Of a DNA stretch of 53,687 nt, positions 1 to 9,215 are shown piece by piece. The first letter of the stretch is position 1; every line of letters begins with the position of its first letter. The stretch spans positions 1 to 53,687 of the forward strand of contig NZ_JABEMC010000012.1 in the NCBI RefSeq assembly GCF_013004595.1. Direction: 5' to 3'. The notes below the pieces were generated by a model. The model searched no databases, had not been told where the DNA came from, and saw only the letters and a program-made list of their open reading frames with translations. The translations under genes and the position numbers were made by a program. The stretch comes from Brevibacterium luteolum. GTDB lineage: Bacteria > Actinomycetota > Actinomycetes > Actinomycetales > Brevibacteriaceae.

Positions 1-125
1 ACGAACTCCGGCCCCACGAGGCCATCTCATGGAACCGGCCCAAGGAGGTGCACCTGGGCCTAGCCGACCCCACCACCCCGACATTCAAAACCAAGGAAAT
101 CCTGCCAACTACTTGACGCGGGACA
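1..125 (+). mobile_element. Right end of an IS3/IS481-type insertion sequence (partial; runs off the window)
   Basis: Frame from position 3 reads ELRPHEAISWNRPKEVHLGLADPTTPTFKTKEILPTT* (stop 114-116), a typical integrase-core transposase C-terminus (xRPHxA). The DNA ends ...TTGACGCGGGACA at 125, exactly where the IS30 transposase is cut. Confidence 0.75.
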
Positions 126-597
126 GTTTCGCGGCCTCTTGGGCTTTCCATTGGGCCACCGTGGCGCGATACTCCAGCTTCCCGCTGCGGGTAGCAGCGT
201 TGCGGCGCAACTCCCGACTGATCGTGCCCGGATCCCGCCCAAGGGTACGCGCGATCGACCGGACACCGCGTCCCTGAGCACGCAAGATCGCGATCTCCTC
301 TCGCTCCTCGAAACTGAGATAACGACCAGTTGGCTCCGTCAACGTCAGCGGTGGCATACCGCCAGCGTGACGGAACCACCGTGATCCGACCGGCACCGAC
401 ACCCCCACCGCCAGCGCTGCCTCCGCTGTCGTGACCCCGGCCGCGATCAGGCGCCAGAATTGTCGCTGCACCGCCCTCGATGGCTGCGGTCTGCCCGGAG
501 AGCGCATTGCTGGCCGCAACGCCCGGTCCGCGCGCCACTGCCGCCGCATCCCCTCCGGGACCTCGCTGGTCTTCATGCCCCAGTCCTTGGTCGCCAT
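126..597 (-). pseudogene. IS30 transposase N-terminal fragment (HTH region; no DDE domain in the window)
   Basis: RYLSFEEREEIA...RSIARTLGRDPGTISRELRRN...YRATVAQWKA is the IS30 HTH signature. The frame runs into the adjacent IS end and stops at 109. Confidence 0.85.
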
Positions 598-649
598 CCT
601 TGAACACCTTTCTCACCTCAAGGTGTTGCGACGACCAGTTGAATCCGCC
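126..649 (-). mobile_element. IS30-family element, left part only (interrupted at 125/126)
   Basis: Minus strand starts GGCGGATTCAACTGGTCGTCGCAACACC at 649 (IS30-like terminus), followed by an IS30 transposase N-terminus. Confidence 0.85.
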
Positions 650-1261
650 TTGCGATCCTCGATCGGAGTGATGGACCAGTTCAGCGATGCCTGTGGTCGC
701 GGTGTTCAGCGCGTGCTCCAGCGCTTCTAAGGACAGCGCGTGCGTCGTCATCGATGATCTGGTCGCCCAGCCGGCGATACGGCGGGAGTACGCATCGATG
801 ACGAACGCGGTGTACACAAAGCCATACGATGTGCGCACATACGTGATGTCAGCGACCCACAGCCGGTTCGGTGCCGGTGCTTTGAAGTCTCGCATCACCA
901 GATCCGGGCGCTCATCCGGTGTGCGCCCGGGTACCGTGGTGCGTGGTTTCCGGCCGCGGACCACGCCGCTGATTCCGGCCTGACGCATCAGCCGTGCGAC
1001 CTGGTCACGGCCGATCTTCCAGCCGCTTCGGCGCATCGCATGCCACATTTTGCGAACGCCGTAGACCCCGTAATTGCGGGCATGCAGGTCCTTGATCACC
1101 ACGCTCAGTTCCCGATCACGGATCTGGCGTTCGCAGGCCGGTCTGGTCTTCGCTGCCCGATAGCCACGGGACGTGATGAATCCACCCTCGCGTGCTGCAA
1201 GTGTGCGGCAGATGAGCTCGACTCCGAACTGATCACGGTACATATCGATGTAGGCGATCAT
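650..1261 (-). pseudogene. IS3 transposase OrfB, truncated after HHSDRGSQ
   Basis: Manual translation: MIAYIDMYRDQFGVELIC...YGVYGVRKMW...PNRLWVADITYV...FVIDAYSRRIAGW...HHSDRGSQ, then IS30 sequence. It is missing from the ORF track because the chimeric frame has no stop before the window edge. Confidence 0.9.
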
Positions 1262-1575
1262 TTCGGCCAGGGGCGGTCGAGCTCGGCTGCAAGAAAAGCG
1301 GAGGCAGTCTTGAGGATCTCGTTCGCCCGTCGCAGCTCCCGGTTCTCACGCCGCAGCCGTTTAAGCTCTTCAAGCTCATCTGTAGTCGCGCCCGGCTCAG
1401 TACCGGCATCACGTCTGGCCTGCTTCAACCACCCGCGCATCGTATGCGGTGAGATCCCAAGTTTCGTTCCCACCGCCTGGGCGGCCGACCACTGCGAGCA
1501 CTGCGTGTCCTGAAGATGATCCTCCATCAAACGCAACGCCCGCTGCTTGCACTCCTGGGTATAGACAGTTGGCAT
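1258..1575 (-). CDS. IS3 transposase OrfA
   Basis: HTH followed by ELKRLRRENRELRRANEILKTASAFLAAELDRP; AAGGAG upstream of the ATG at 1575. Confidence 0.9.
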   Translation of the reverse strand: MPTVYTQECKQRALRLMEDHLQDTQCSQWSAAQAVGTKLGISPHTMRGWLKQARRDAGTEPGATTDELEELKRLRRENRELRRANEILKTASAFLAAELDRPWPK

Positions 1576-1692
1576 GATCCAATTCTCCTTCAATCAGTAG
1601 AACGGAACGAAACCCAGGACGCTTCAGCCAGACAGCAGGCGGAAACGGGACGGATCAAACCGGGAACGTCGCTGGTTTGAACAACGACGCTC

Positions 1693-1769
1693 TGGTGCCC
1701 CCAGTGGGACTCGAACCCACACTGAATCGATTTTAAGTCGACTGCCTCTGCCGATTGGGCTATAGGGGC
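1693..1769 (-). tRNA. tRNA-Leu (anticodon TAA), CCA encoded, short variable region
   Basis: GCCCCTATAGCCCAATCGGCAGAGGCAGTCGACTTAAAATCGATTCAGTGTGGGTTCGAGTCCCACTGGGGGCACCA folds as a cloverleaf with anticodon loop CT-TAA-AA. Confidence 0.97.
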
Positions 1770-1899
1770 GACGGCAGACAGTCTAACCGAGTCAGCGCCG
1801 CCCAACGCCCTCCACCCAGGCCACCGCATAGAAAACACTGGTGGGGACCCCAGACGGGATCCCCACGAGCAGTGTTCGCAGCTCAGATGAGCGTCACGG

Positions 1900-3273
1900 T
1901 CAGGCTTTGGCCGGCTCTTTCTTGGGGGCCGGCTTCGAGTGTGCGGCGTCGACGAACGACTTGCGCGGCACATCGAGGTCCTTGAGCGGCATGACGTCGC
2001 GGCCGAAGACGACGTTGAGCGCCCAGTTTCCGAACACCCGGACCTTGCGGTCGATGGTTGGGATGGCGTAGCCGTGGTAGCCGCGGTGCATCGCCCAGGC
2101 GAGCACGCCGCGGGCTTCGAAGTCGCCCATCTGCGAGACACCCTTGTACAGGCCCAGACCGGCAACCGTGCCGATGGTCTTGTGGAAGTACTGGCGGAAC
2201 TCGGTCTCACCGCGCAGCGCAGCGAGCACATTGGCAGCCAGCACCGGGGCCTGGCGCACAGCGTGCTGCGCGTTGGGTACGCAGTAGCCGCCCACGCCGC
2301 CGCCGGAGAGGTCCGGCACAGCAGCGTTGTCACCAGCAGCCCAGGCACCTTCGACAACACCCTCATCGCCCTCGACGCGCAGGTCGGCGCGCACGGTGAC
2401 GCGGCCGCGCTCATCAAGCGGCAGGTCGGAATCGACGAGCACCGGGTTGGCCTTGACACCGGCGCTCCACACGACGGTGTCGCAGTCGAACTCCTCGCCG
2501 TTGGACAGCTGGATGTGCTTGTTGGTGCAATCCTGCAGGAAGGTCTCGAGGTAGACGTCGATGCCGCGCTCGCGCATGTGCTCGACGACCCAACGGGCCT
2601 GAGCCTCGCCGACCTCGGGCATGACGCGGCCCATCGCCTCGACGAGGACGAAGCGCAGGTCAGCCTCGGTCAGTGTCTCGTACTGTGCAACGGCGGCACG
2701 AGCCATGTCCTCGAGCTCAGCGAGGATCTCCATGCCAGCGAAGCCGCCGCCGACGAAGACGAAGGTGAGCAACCGACGGCGCTCTTCGTCGTCTTCGAGC
2801 AGAGAGGCCTCGGAGATGTTGTTCAGGACGTGGTCGCGCAGGGCGACGGCCTCTTCGATCCGCTTGAGGCCGATGGCCTCCTCAGCCAGACCCGGGATCG
2901 GCAGGGTGCGGGCCACCGAGCCTGCGGCCAGGATGATCTGGTCGTAGTCGAGCTCGAAGGGCTCGTCGCCTTCGGGTTCAACGGTGACGAACTTGTCAGC
3001 GTGGTTGATCGACCGGACGTAGCCGGTGACGACCTCCGCGCCCTTGAGGTTGCGGCGCAGCGGCACGACAGCGTGGCGCGGCTCGATCGAGCCGGCTGCC
3101 ACCTCGGGCAGGAACGGCTGGTAGGTCATGTAGGGGTTGGGGTCGACGACAGTGACCGTCGCTTCGCCGCGACCCAGGTTCTTCAGCAGATTCTGGGCGG
3201 TGACGAGGCCGAGGTAGCCGCCTCCGACGATGAGAATACGAGGACGCAGTTTGCTGTTTCGAATCAGTGCCAT
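1900..3273 (-). CDS. ndh: Type II NADH dehydrogenase-like NAD(P)/FAD-dependent oxidoreductase
   Basis: Two Rossmann motifs (ILIVGGGYLG, FVFVGGGFAGME), YQPFLPEVAAG, AAGD, PNAQHA; Rex site upstream. Confidence 0.85.
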   Translation of the reverse strand: MALIRNSKLRPRILIVGGGYLGLVTAQNLLKNLGRGEATVTVVDPNPYMTYQPFLPEVAAGSIEPRHAVVPLRRNLKGAEVVTGYVRSINHADKFVTVEPEGDEPFELDYDQIILAAGSVARTLPIPGLAEEAIGLKRIEEAVALRDHVLNNISEASLLEDDEERRRLLTFVFVGGGFAGMEILAELEDMARAAVAQYETLTEADLRFVLVEAMGRVMPEVGEAQARWVVEHMRERGIDVYLETFLQDCTNKHIQLSNGEEFDCDTVVWSAGVKANPVLVDSDLPLDERGRVTVRADLRVEGDEGVVEGAWAAGDNAAVPDLSGGGVGGYCVPNAQHAVRQAPVLAANVLAALRGETEFRQYFHKTIGTVAGLGLYKGVSQMGDFEARGVLAWAMHRGYHGYAIPTIDRKVRVFGNWALNVVFGRDVMPLKDLDVPRKSFVDAAHSKPAPKKEPAKA

Positions 3274-3301
3274 GACCCCATTCTAGCGACCGCCCCGAGG
3301 T

Positions 3302-3319
3302 TTGTGAAAACTTTCACTT
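3302..3319. promoter_or_regulatory. Rex operator over the -35 region of the leaderless ndh promoter (-10 TAGAAT at 3280-3285, minus strand)
   Basis: TTGTGAA-AACT-TTCACTT versus Rex consensus TTGTGAA-N4-TTCACAA. Confidence 0.8.
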
Positions 3320-4663
3320 ACCCTCCGGGGTGATGTCAGATCCCCCGCCAGACGGCCGCGCACGCCGCATCCGCGCGACCCCGGCGGTGATGAGTCCCGC
3401 ACCGGCCAGCGCACCCGTGATGAGCACGGCCGGCCCTGCCGCCGAGGCGGTGGCCGGTGTGATCTGCGCTTCACCTTCAGGGGAAGTCTCCTTGCCGGAA
3501 TCAGCTCCCGGTTCGGCCTGTTCGGTTGTCGCCGGTGCCCGGCGGTGCATCGTCACCCAGTCGGCCAGCTGCTGTCCGGCCTGCGGAACATCGGCGGGCA
3601 CATCGGCGTCGAGTGCTGCGCCCGGGGCGAGGCGGCCGTGGCCGACGACCGGGTCGGGCTGCTCGGGTGTCGTCGTGCCGTCGTGACCGGGGACCGGGGT
3701 GGCTGTGGTGTAGAGCTTGGCGACGACCTCATCGGCGGACAGGTCCGGGTCATTGCTGCGGATGAGGGCGGCGACCCCAGCGACGACGGGTGCGGCGAAC
3801 GAACAGCCGTCGCCGGTGCCATACTCACCTCCGGGCAGCGGGACGGGGATGTCTTCGGCCGGTCCCATGAGGTCGACGGCGATGCCCGGGGCGGTCGACT
3901 CGGCGCGCACCTGCCCGTTGGCGCCCAGCCCGCCGACGCCCACCACACCGGGCACGGTCGCCGGTGCCCAGGCTCTGCGCGCACCCTGCGAGCGGTTGCC
4001 GACACAGGCGATGACGACGACGTCGTGGTCGAAAGCGTAGGCGAAGGCTTCGTCCCAGTCCGGGTCCCAGGTCGGGTCGTCCCAGCCCAGAGACATGTTG
4101 ACGACATCAGCACCCTCGTCGACGGCCCAGCGCAGCGCGGCCGCAGCCTGCTGCCGGGACGGCGGGGAGCTCTCGGGCCGGTTGCTGCCCAGCCACATCG
4201 AGGCCGAGAGCAAATCGGCGTCCGGGGCCACGCCCATCGGCCCGGGCCCGGAGCCGTTGCCGGCGATGACGCCTGCGACGGCGGTGCCGTGGTGGATGAT
4301 CGACCCGTCGCCGAGAGGGGTGGTGCCGTCCGCACCGGTTTCGGAGAAGTCCTTGGCCTTGACGACGGTGTCGGTGAGGTTCTCATGCGCGGCCTCGACG
4401 CCGGAGTCGATGACAGCGACCGTTGTGCCCTTCCCGGTCGTCGTCTGCCACATCTCGTCGATGCCGTAGTCGGCGATGAACCACTGCCCAGGCCCTGCCT
4501 CGGGTTCGGCCGCCTGCACCGGGCCCGAGGTCAGGGTCGCCTCGGTGAGTGCCGCGCCGGTGGCCAGCGCGAGAGCTGCGGCACCGGCGGCGAGCTTCTG
4601 CCCGGCAGCCCTGGCTCGCCGGGCACCCCGGCGGCCGGCGGCGTCTCGGTCGGCGGTGGTCAT
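3314..4663 (-). CDS. S8 subtilisin/mycosin-like serine protease with signal peptide and C-terminal membrane anchor
   Basis: Catalytic triad motifs VAVIDSG, HGTAVAG, GCSFAAP; hydrophobic N- and C-terminal segments. Confidence 0.9.
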   Translation of the reverse strand: MTTADRDAAGRRGARRARAAGQKLAAGAAALALATGAALTEATLTSGPVQAAEPEAGPGQWFIADYGIDEMWQTTTGKGTTVAVIDSGVEAAHENLTDTVVKAKDFSETGADGTTPLGDGSIIHHGTAVAGVIAGNGSGPGPMGVAPDADLLSASMWLGSNRPESSPPSRQQAAAALRWAVDEGADVVNMSLGWDDPTWDPDWDEAFAYAFDHDVVVIACVGNRSQGARRAWAPATVPGVVGVGGLGANGQVRAESTAPGIAVDLMGPAEDIPVPLPGGEYGTGDGCSFAAPVVAGVAALIRSNDPDLSADEVVAKLYTTATPVPGHDGTTTPEQPDPVVGHGRLAPGAALDADVPADVPQAGQQLADWVTMHRRAPATTEQAEPGADSGKETSPEGEAQITPATASAAGPAVLITGALAGAGLITAGVARMRRARPSGGGSDITPEGK

Positions 4664-4674
4664 GTCGGTTGCCT

Positions 4675-5664
4675 TCAGGTGCCGGCTCGCTGGCTGAGGC
4701 CGATGGCGATGCCGTCGAGGATGTCGGTCTCGCTCGCAAAGATCTCCGGAGGCTGCTGGGCATCGGCGGTGACGCGGTCGATGAGTGTGGCGAAGATGAG
4801 CGCCCCGGAACCGATGACGTCGACGCGGCCGGGGTGCATGAACGGCAGTGCAGCCCGCTCAGCTCGCGGCATGTGCAGCAGGTCCTGGCAGGTGGCCAGC
4901 AGCTTCTCGGGTTCCAGCCGGGCGGCGTGGATCGCCTCGGGCTCATAGGCTCTGAGTCCGAGAAGCGCGGCGGTGACAGTGGTGATCGTACCGGCGACAC
5001 CGATGACGGTGCGCACACCGGAGACGTCGACATCAGCACAGGCGGCATCGTAGGCGGCGTCGATATCGGCGATCGTTGATGCGATCTCGGCATCAGTCGG
5101 CGGGTCGGAGTTGAGGTGGCGTTCGGTCAGGCGCACACACCCGATGTCCATGCTGTGCGCGCCGGTCAGCTCAGCCCCGGCGGGCCCGACTGCACCGGTG
5201 ACGAGTTCGGTGGAGCCGCCGCCGAGATCCATGACGAGGAACGGGCCGGTCGGTGCCGGGTCGGCGGCTGCCTGCACGCCGACGGTCGCGCCGGTGAAGG
5301 ACAGCTGCGCTTCTTCGATGCCGGTGATGACCTCCGCCTCGACGCCGAGGCGTGCTCGCACACCGGCGAAGAACTCTGCGCGGTTGGCGGCATCCCGGCT
5401 GGCAGACGTCGCAACGAAGCGCACATGTTCGGGTGCATGAGCGCGGATGAGCTCGGCGTACTCCTCGCAGGCGGCGAAGGTGCGTTCCAAGGCCTCTGAA
5501 GCGAACCGGCCGGTGGCATCGACGCCCTGGCCGAGGCGCACGATGCGCATCTCGCGTACGACATCGCTCACCTGCAGCGGCCCGCCGTCAGCGGGTGCGG
5601 TGATGTCGGCGATGAGGAGGCGGATGGAGTTCGTTCCGCAGTCGATGGCAGCAGCTCGGGTCAT
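4675..5664 (-). CDS. ppx: Ppx/GppA exopolyphosphatase
   Basis: AAIDCGTNSIRL, VATSASRDA, DLGGGSTE, GCVRLTERH; synteny with DUF501-ftsB-eno. Confidence 0.93.
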   Translation of the reverse strand: MTRAAAIDCGTNSIRLLIADITAPADGGPLQVSDVVREMRIVRLGQGVDATGRFASEALERTFAACEEYAELIRAHAPEHVRFVATSASRDAANRAEFFAGVRARLGVEAEVITGIEEAQLSFTGATVGVQAAADPAPTGPFLVMDLGGGSTELVTGAVGPAGAELTGAHSMDIGCVRLTERHLNSDPPTDAEIASTIADIDAAYDAACADVDVSGVRTVIGVAGTITTVTAALLGLRAYEPEAIHAARLEPEKLLATCQDLLHMPRAERAALPFMHPGRVDVIGSGALIFATLIDRVTADAQQPPEIFASETDILDGIAIGLSQRAGT

Positions 5665-5709
5665 GCCCCCAGCTTAGACGCCGCGGGACAGCTTGCCGGT
5701 TCAGGTGAC

Positions 5710-6213
5710 TCACACCTCGGCGACGGGCGGCACCCCGTCCATCATCGACAGGGCGAGGTCGCCGACCGGGTTGACGCCTGGCCCGGCGGCCAGGGCGTGG
5801 CCGACGAGCGCGTGGAGGCACTTGATGCGGGTGGGCATACCGCCGGCGGAGAAGTCGTCGATCTCCGGCACCTCGCCGATCCCTGCGCCGATGCCGATCT
5901 GCCGGCGGGCGGCCAGGTAGGCGGCATGCGCTTTACGGTAGCCGGCCTGCATGTCCTCGTCCTCGCCGAGCTGTTCGCTCATCTGCGCCATCACGCCGGC
6001 GGCTTCGAGCCGGGAGCATTCGGTGACGTAGTCCGGGTGGGTGAGGTAGAAGGTGGTGGGGAACGGAGTGCCGTCCTCCAGCCGGGGCGCGGTGGCGACG
6101 ACGAGCGGCTCACCGGTCTTCGAGCGGGCGGCGACGCCGACGACCCCGCGCGGGACCCGGCCGAGCTGGGCGCGGATCGTGTCGAAGTCCGCTGGGGTGC
6201 ATTCGGTGATCAT
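5710..6213 (-). CDS. DUF501 family protein
   Basis: PRLEDGTPFPTTFYLT, GGMPTRIKCLHALVGHALA; start placed at the ATGA overlap with ftsB. Confidence 0.9.
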   Translation of the reverse strand: MITECTPADFDTIRAQLGRVPRGVVGVAARSKTGEPLVVATAPRLEDGTPFPTTFYLTHPDYVTECSRLEAAGVMAQMSEQLGEDEDMQAGYRKAHAAYLAARRQIGIGAGIGEVPEIDDFSAGGMPTRIKCLHALVGHALAAGPGVNPVGDLALSMMDGVPPVAEV

Positions 6214-6785
6214 GGGCTCTCTTCTGTTGCGAAACCGACGGCCTTGAGCGAATCTACCAGCTCGATGTACCACGGCTGCCTGCGCACGGTGCGCTTCTCC
6301 CCTGCCCCGGCGGCCGCGGTCTCGGTGGCGACCTCCTCGCCGGTGTCGTCGATGACGATGTAGACCTCTTCACCGTCCTTGGCGTAGTGGTAGTCCTCGC
6401 GGGCCCGCTGAGCGAGGTAGGCGGGATCCTTGAGCTGCTCCTGCCGCTCCTTGAGATCGGCGACCTCCTGCTCGGTGACCTCGATGTCGCGCTCCAGGGC
6501 GGCGATCTGCTGGTACTGGGCGATCCCGGTCGAGATCGAGGGCAGGAACATCGTCAGCAGCATCGCGGCGATGACGCCGAGGATGATGGTGCGCGCCGGC
6601 AGGCGGCGCCCGGCCGCGGTCGCGTCGATGTCGGTGCCTGAGAGGTCGACGACCGGCTGGGCTCTGCGTGTGCGGGCAGCAGGCGCCTGGGCCTTGGCGG
6701 ATTTCGGCTTGCGGGAGGCAGCGGACTTCCGCTTGGCAGCCAGGGCGCGGCGCTGTGCTGCAGATGACGTCGGAGCCATTGCCAC
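6210..6785 (-). CDS. ftsB: Septum formation initiator (FtsB/DivIC family)
   Basis: Single TM segment, coiled coil, LKDPAYLAQRARE, QPWY; located downstream of eno. Confidence 0.85.
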   Translation of the reverse strand: MAMAPTSSAAQRRALAAKRKSAASRKPKSAKAQAPAARTRRAQPVVDLSGTDIDATAAGRRLPARTIILGVIAAMLLTMFLPSISTGIAQYQQIAALERDIEVTEQEVADLKERQEQLKDPAYLAQRAREDYHYAKDGEEVYIVIDDTGEEVATETAAAGAGEKRTVRRQPWYIELVDSLKAVGFATEESP

Positions 6786-6942
6786 CTCATGAGCTGATCA
6801 GGGGAAGAAAGGTGTGTGGCACCAAGTCTGCCTGGCCTTGCAGCCGACAGCCCTCATTTGGTGCGGCGTGTTCGCACGAGCACGTGTGAGATGGGCGTAT
6901 GCGCACCCCGGCCGCGCCCCACGCCCCCCGGCCGCAGCCCCA

Positions 6943-6991
6943 CGCCCCACAACCCACGTCGCGCGCCCCACAACCCACGTCGCGCGCCCCA
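6943..6991. repeat. 21-bp tandem repeat (CGCCCCACAACCCACGTCGCG x2.3)
   Basis: Exact copies at 6943-6963 and 6964-6984 plus a partial third copy. Confidence 0.9.
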
Positions 6992-6995
6992 TGCA

Positions 6996-7033
6996 CGAGG
7001 TGGGGTGCACGCACGGTCGTGCACCCCACCTCG
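6996..7033. repeat. Perfect 16-bp-stem inverted repeat downstream of eno (terminator or stabiliser-like)
   Basis: CGAGGTGGGGTGCACG-cacggt-CGTGCACCCCACCTCG. Confidence 0.8.
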
Positions 7034-7097
7034 GGAGCGGGTCGCCTCAGCCGCACACGCCTGGCGCGGCGGGAGTGCAGCCGGTGGTCGGTCGGTG

Positions 7098-8441
<1,344 letters not shown>

Positions 8442-9215
8442 TTAGTCGACGTGTGCGGGGCGGACGAGAGCGGCGCGCAGCTCGTCGACCGCCTCGGGGT
8501 TCATGCTGTGGGTGCACAGGTAGCCGGCCACTCCCCCGTATTCGTCATCGAGCCGATCGAGCACTGCGGTGATGAGGCCGGCCGGTGCCTGCGTGGCGGT
8601 GTTCGAGATGTCGGCGACGATGCCCGCCTGGGCGAACTTCGCGCCGAGTGCTGCGACGAACTCGGCACCGAGGTAGCGCTCGGTCATCGTGTAGTCGGTC
8701 ACGACGTGCTCGCGGTCGACGTCGAGCAGGCTGAGCACGAAGGCTGAGAGTACGCCGGTGCGGTCCTTGCCGGCTGAGCAGTGGATGAGCACCGGGGTGC
8801 GCACGCGCTCCGCGATCGTCTCGACACCGGCGGCCAGGCGGGGCCCGAATTCGTCGATCATCGTCTGGTAGATCGTCGGCAGGCTGTGATCGGGCAGTTC
8901 GACGCGCGCGGCGTTCGGGTCGAGCGGATAGTAGCGGTTGTCGAAGACCGGCAGTGAGATGTGCTCGACGTCGAGGCCGTCGAGGGCATCGGGTGCGCGA
9001 TGGGATTCGCGCTCTTCGCGCAGGTCGATGACGGTGGCAAGGTTCAGCTCACGCAGCGCTGCCCGGGATGCGTCGGTGAGGTTGTGCAGGCCGTCGGAGC
9101 GGTACAGCAGCCCGCGGGCGACCGTTCCGCTGCCGGTCGGCCAGCCTCCGATGTCGCGGAAGTTGAACGTGCCGGGGATCGGGATCCGCTCAGCGACGTG
9201 CATCTGCTGTGTCAT
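8442..9215 (-). CDS. Tyrosine-protein phosphatase (PtpB/IphP-like)
   Basis: NFRDIGG, LYRS, VIDLR and P-loop HCSAGKDRTG. Confidence 0.9.
   Translation of the reverse strand: MTQQMHVAERIPIPGTFNFRDIGGWPTGSGTVARGLLYRSDGLHNLTDASRAALRELNLATVIDLREERESHRAPDALDGLDVEHISLPVFDNRYYPLDPNAARVELPDHSLPTIYQTMIDEFGPRLAAGVETIAERVRTPVLIHCSAGKDRTGVLSAFVLSLLDVDREHVVTDYTMTERYLGAEFVAALGAKFAQAGIVADISNTATQAPAGLITAVLDRLDDEYGGVAGYLCTHSMNPEAVDELRAALVRPAHVD

Larger units (their letters stand above)
650..1626 (-). mobile_element. IS3-family element, left part (interrupted by IS30 at 649/650)
   Basis: Minus-strand terminus TGAAGCGTCCTGGGTTTCG at 1626; orfA/orfB arrangement with an ATGA overlap. Confidence 0.9.

Noticed and set aside
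1590..2459. 289-aa minus-strand ORF
   Set aside because: It is an out-of-frame overlap of ndh that runs through the tRNA and the IS terminus.
3314..4663. Mycosin-like protease as a sign of a type VII secretion locus
   Set aside because: No ecc, WXG100 or FtsK-like genes nearby; it sits among core genes.
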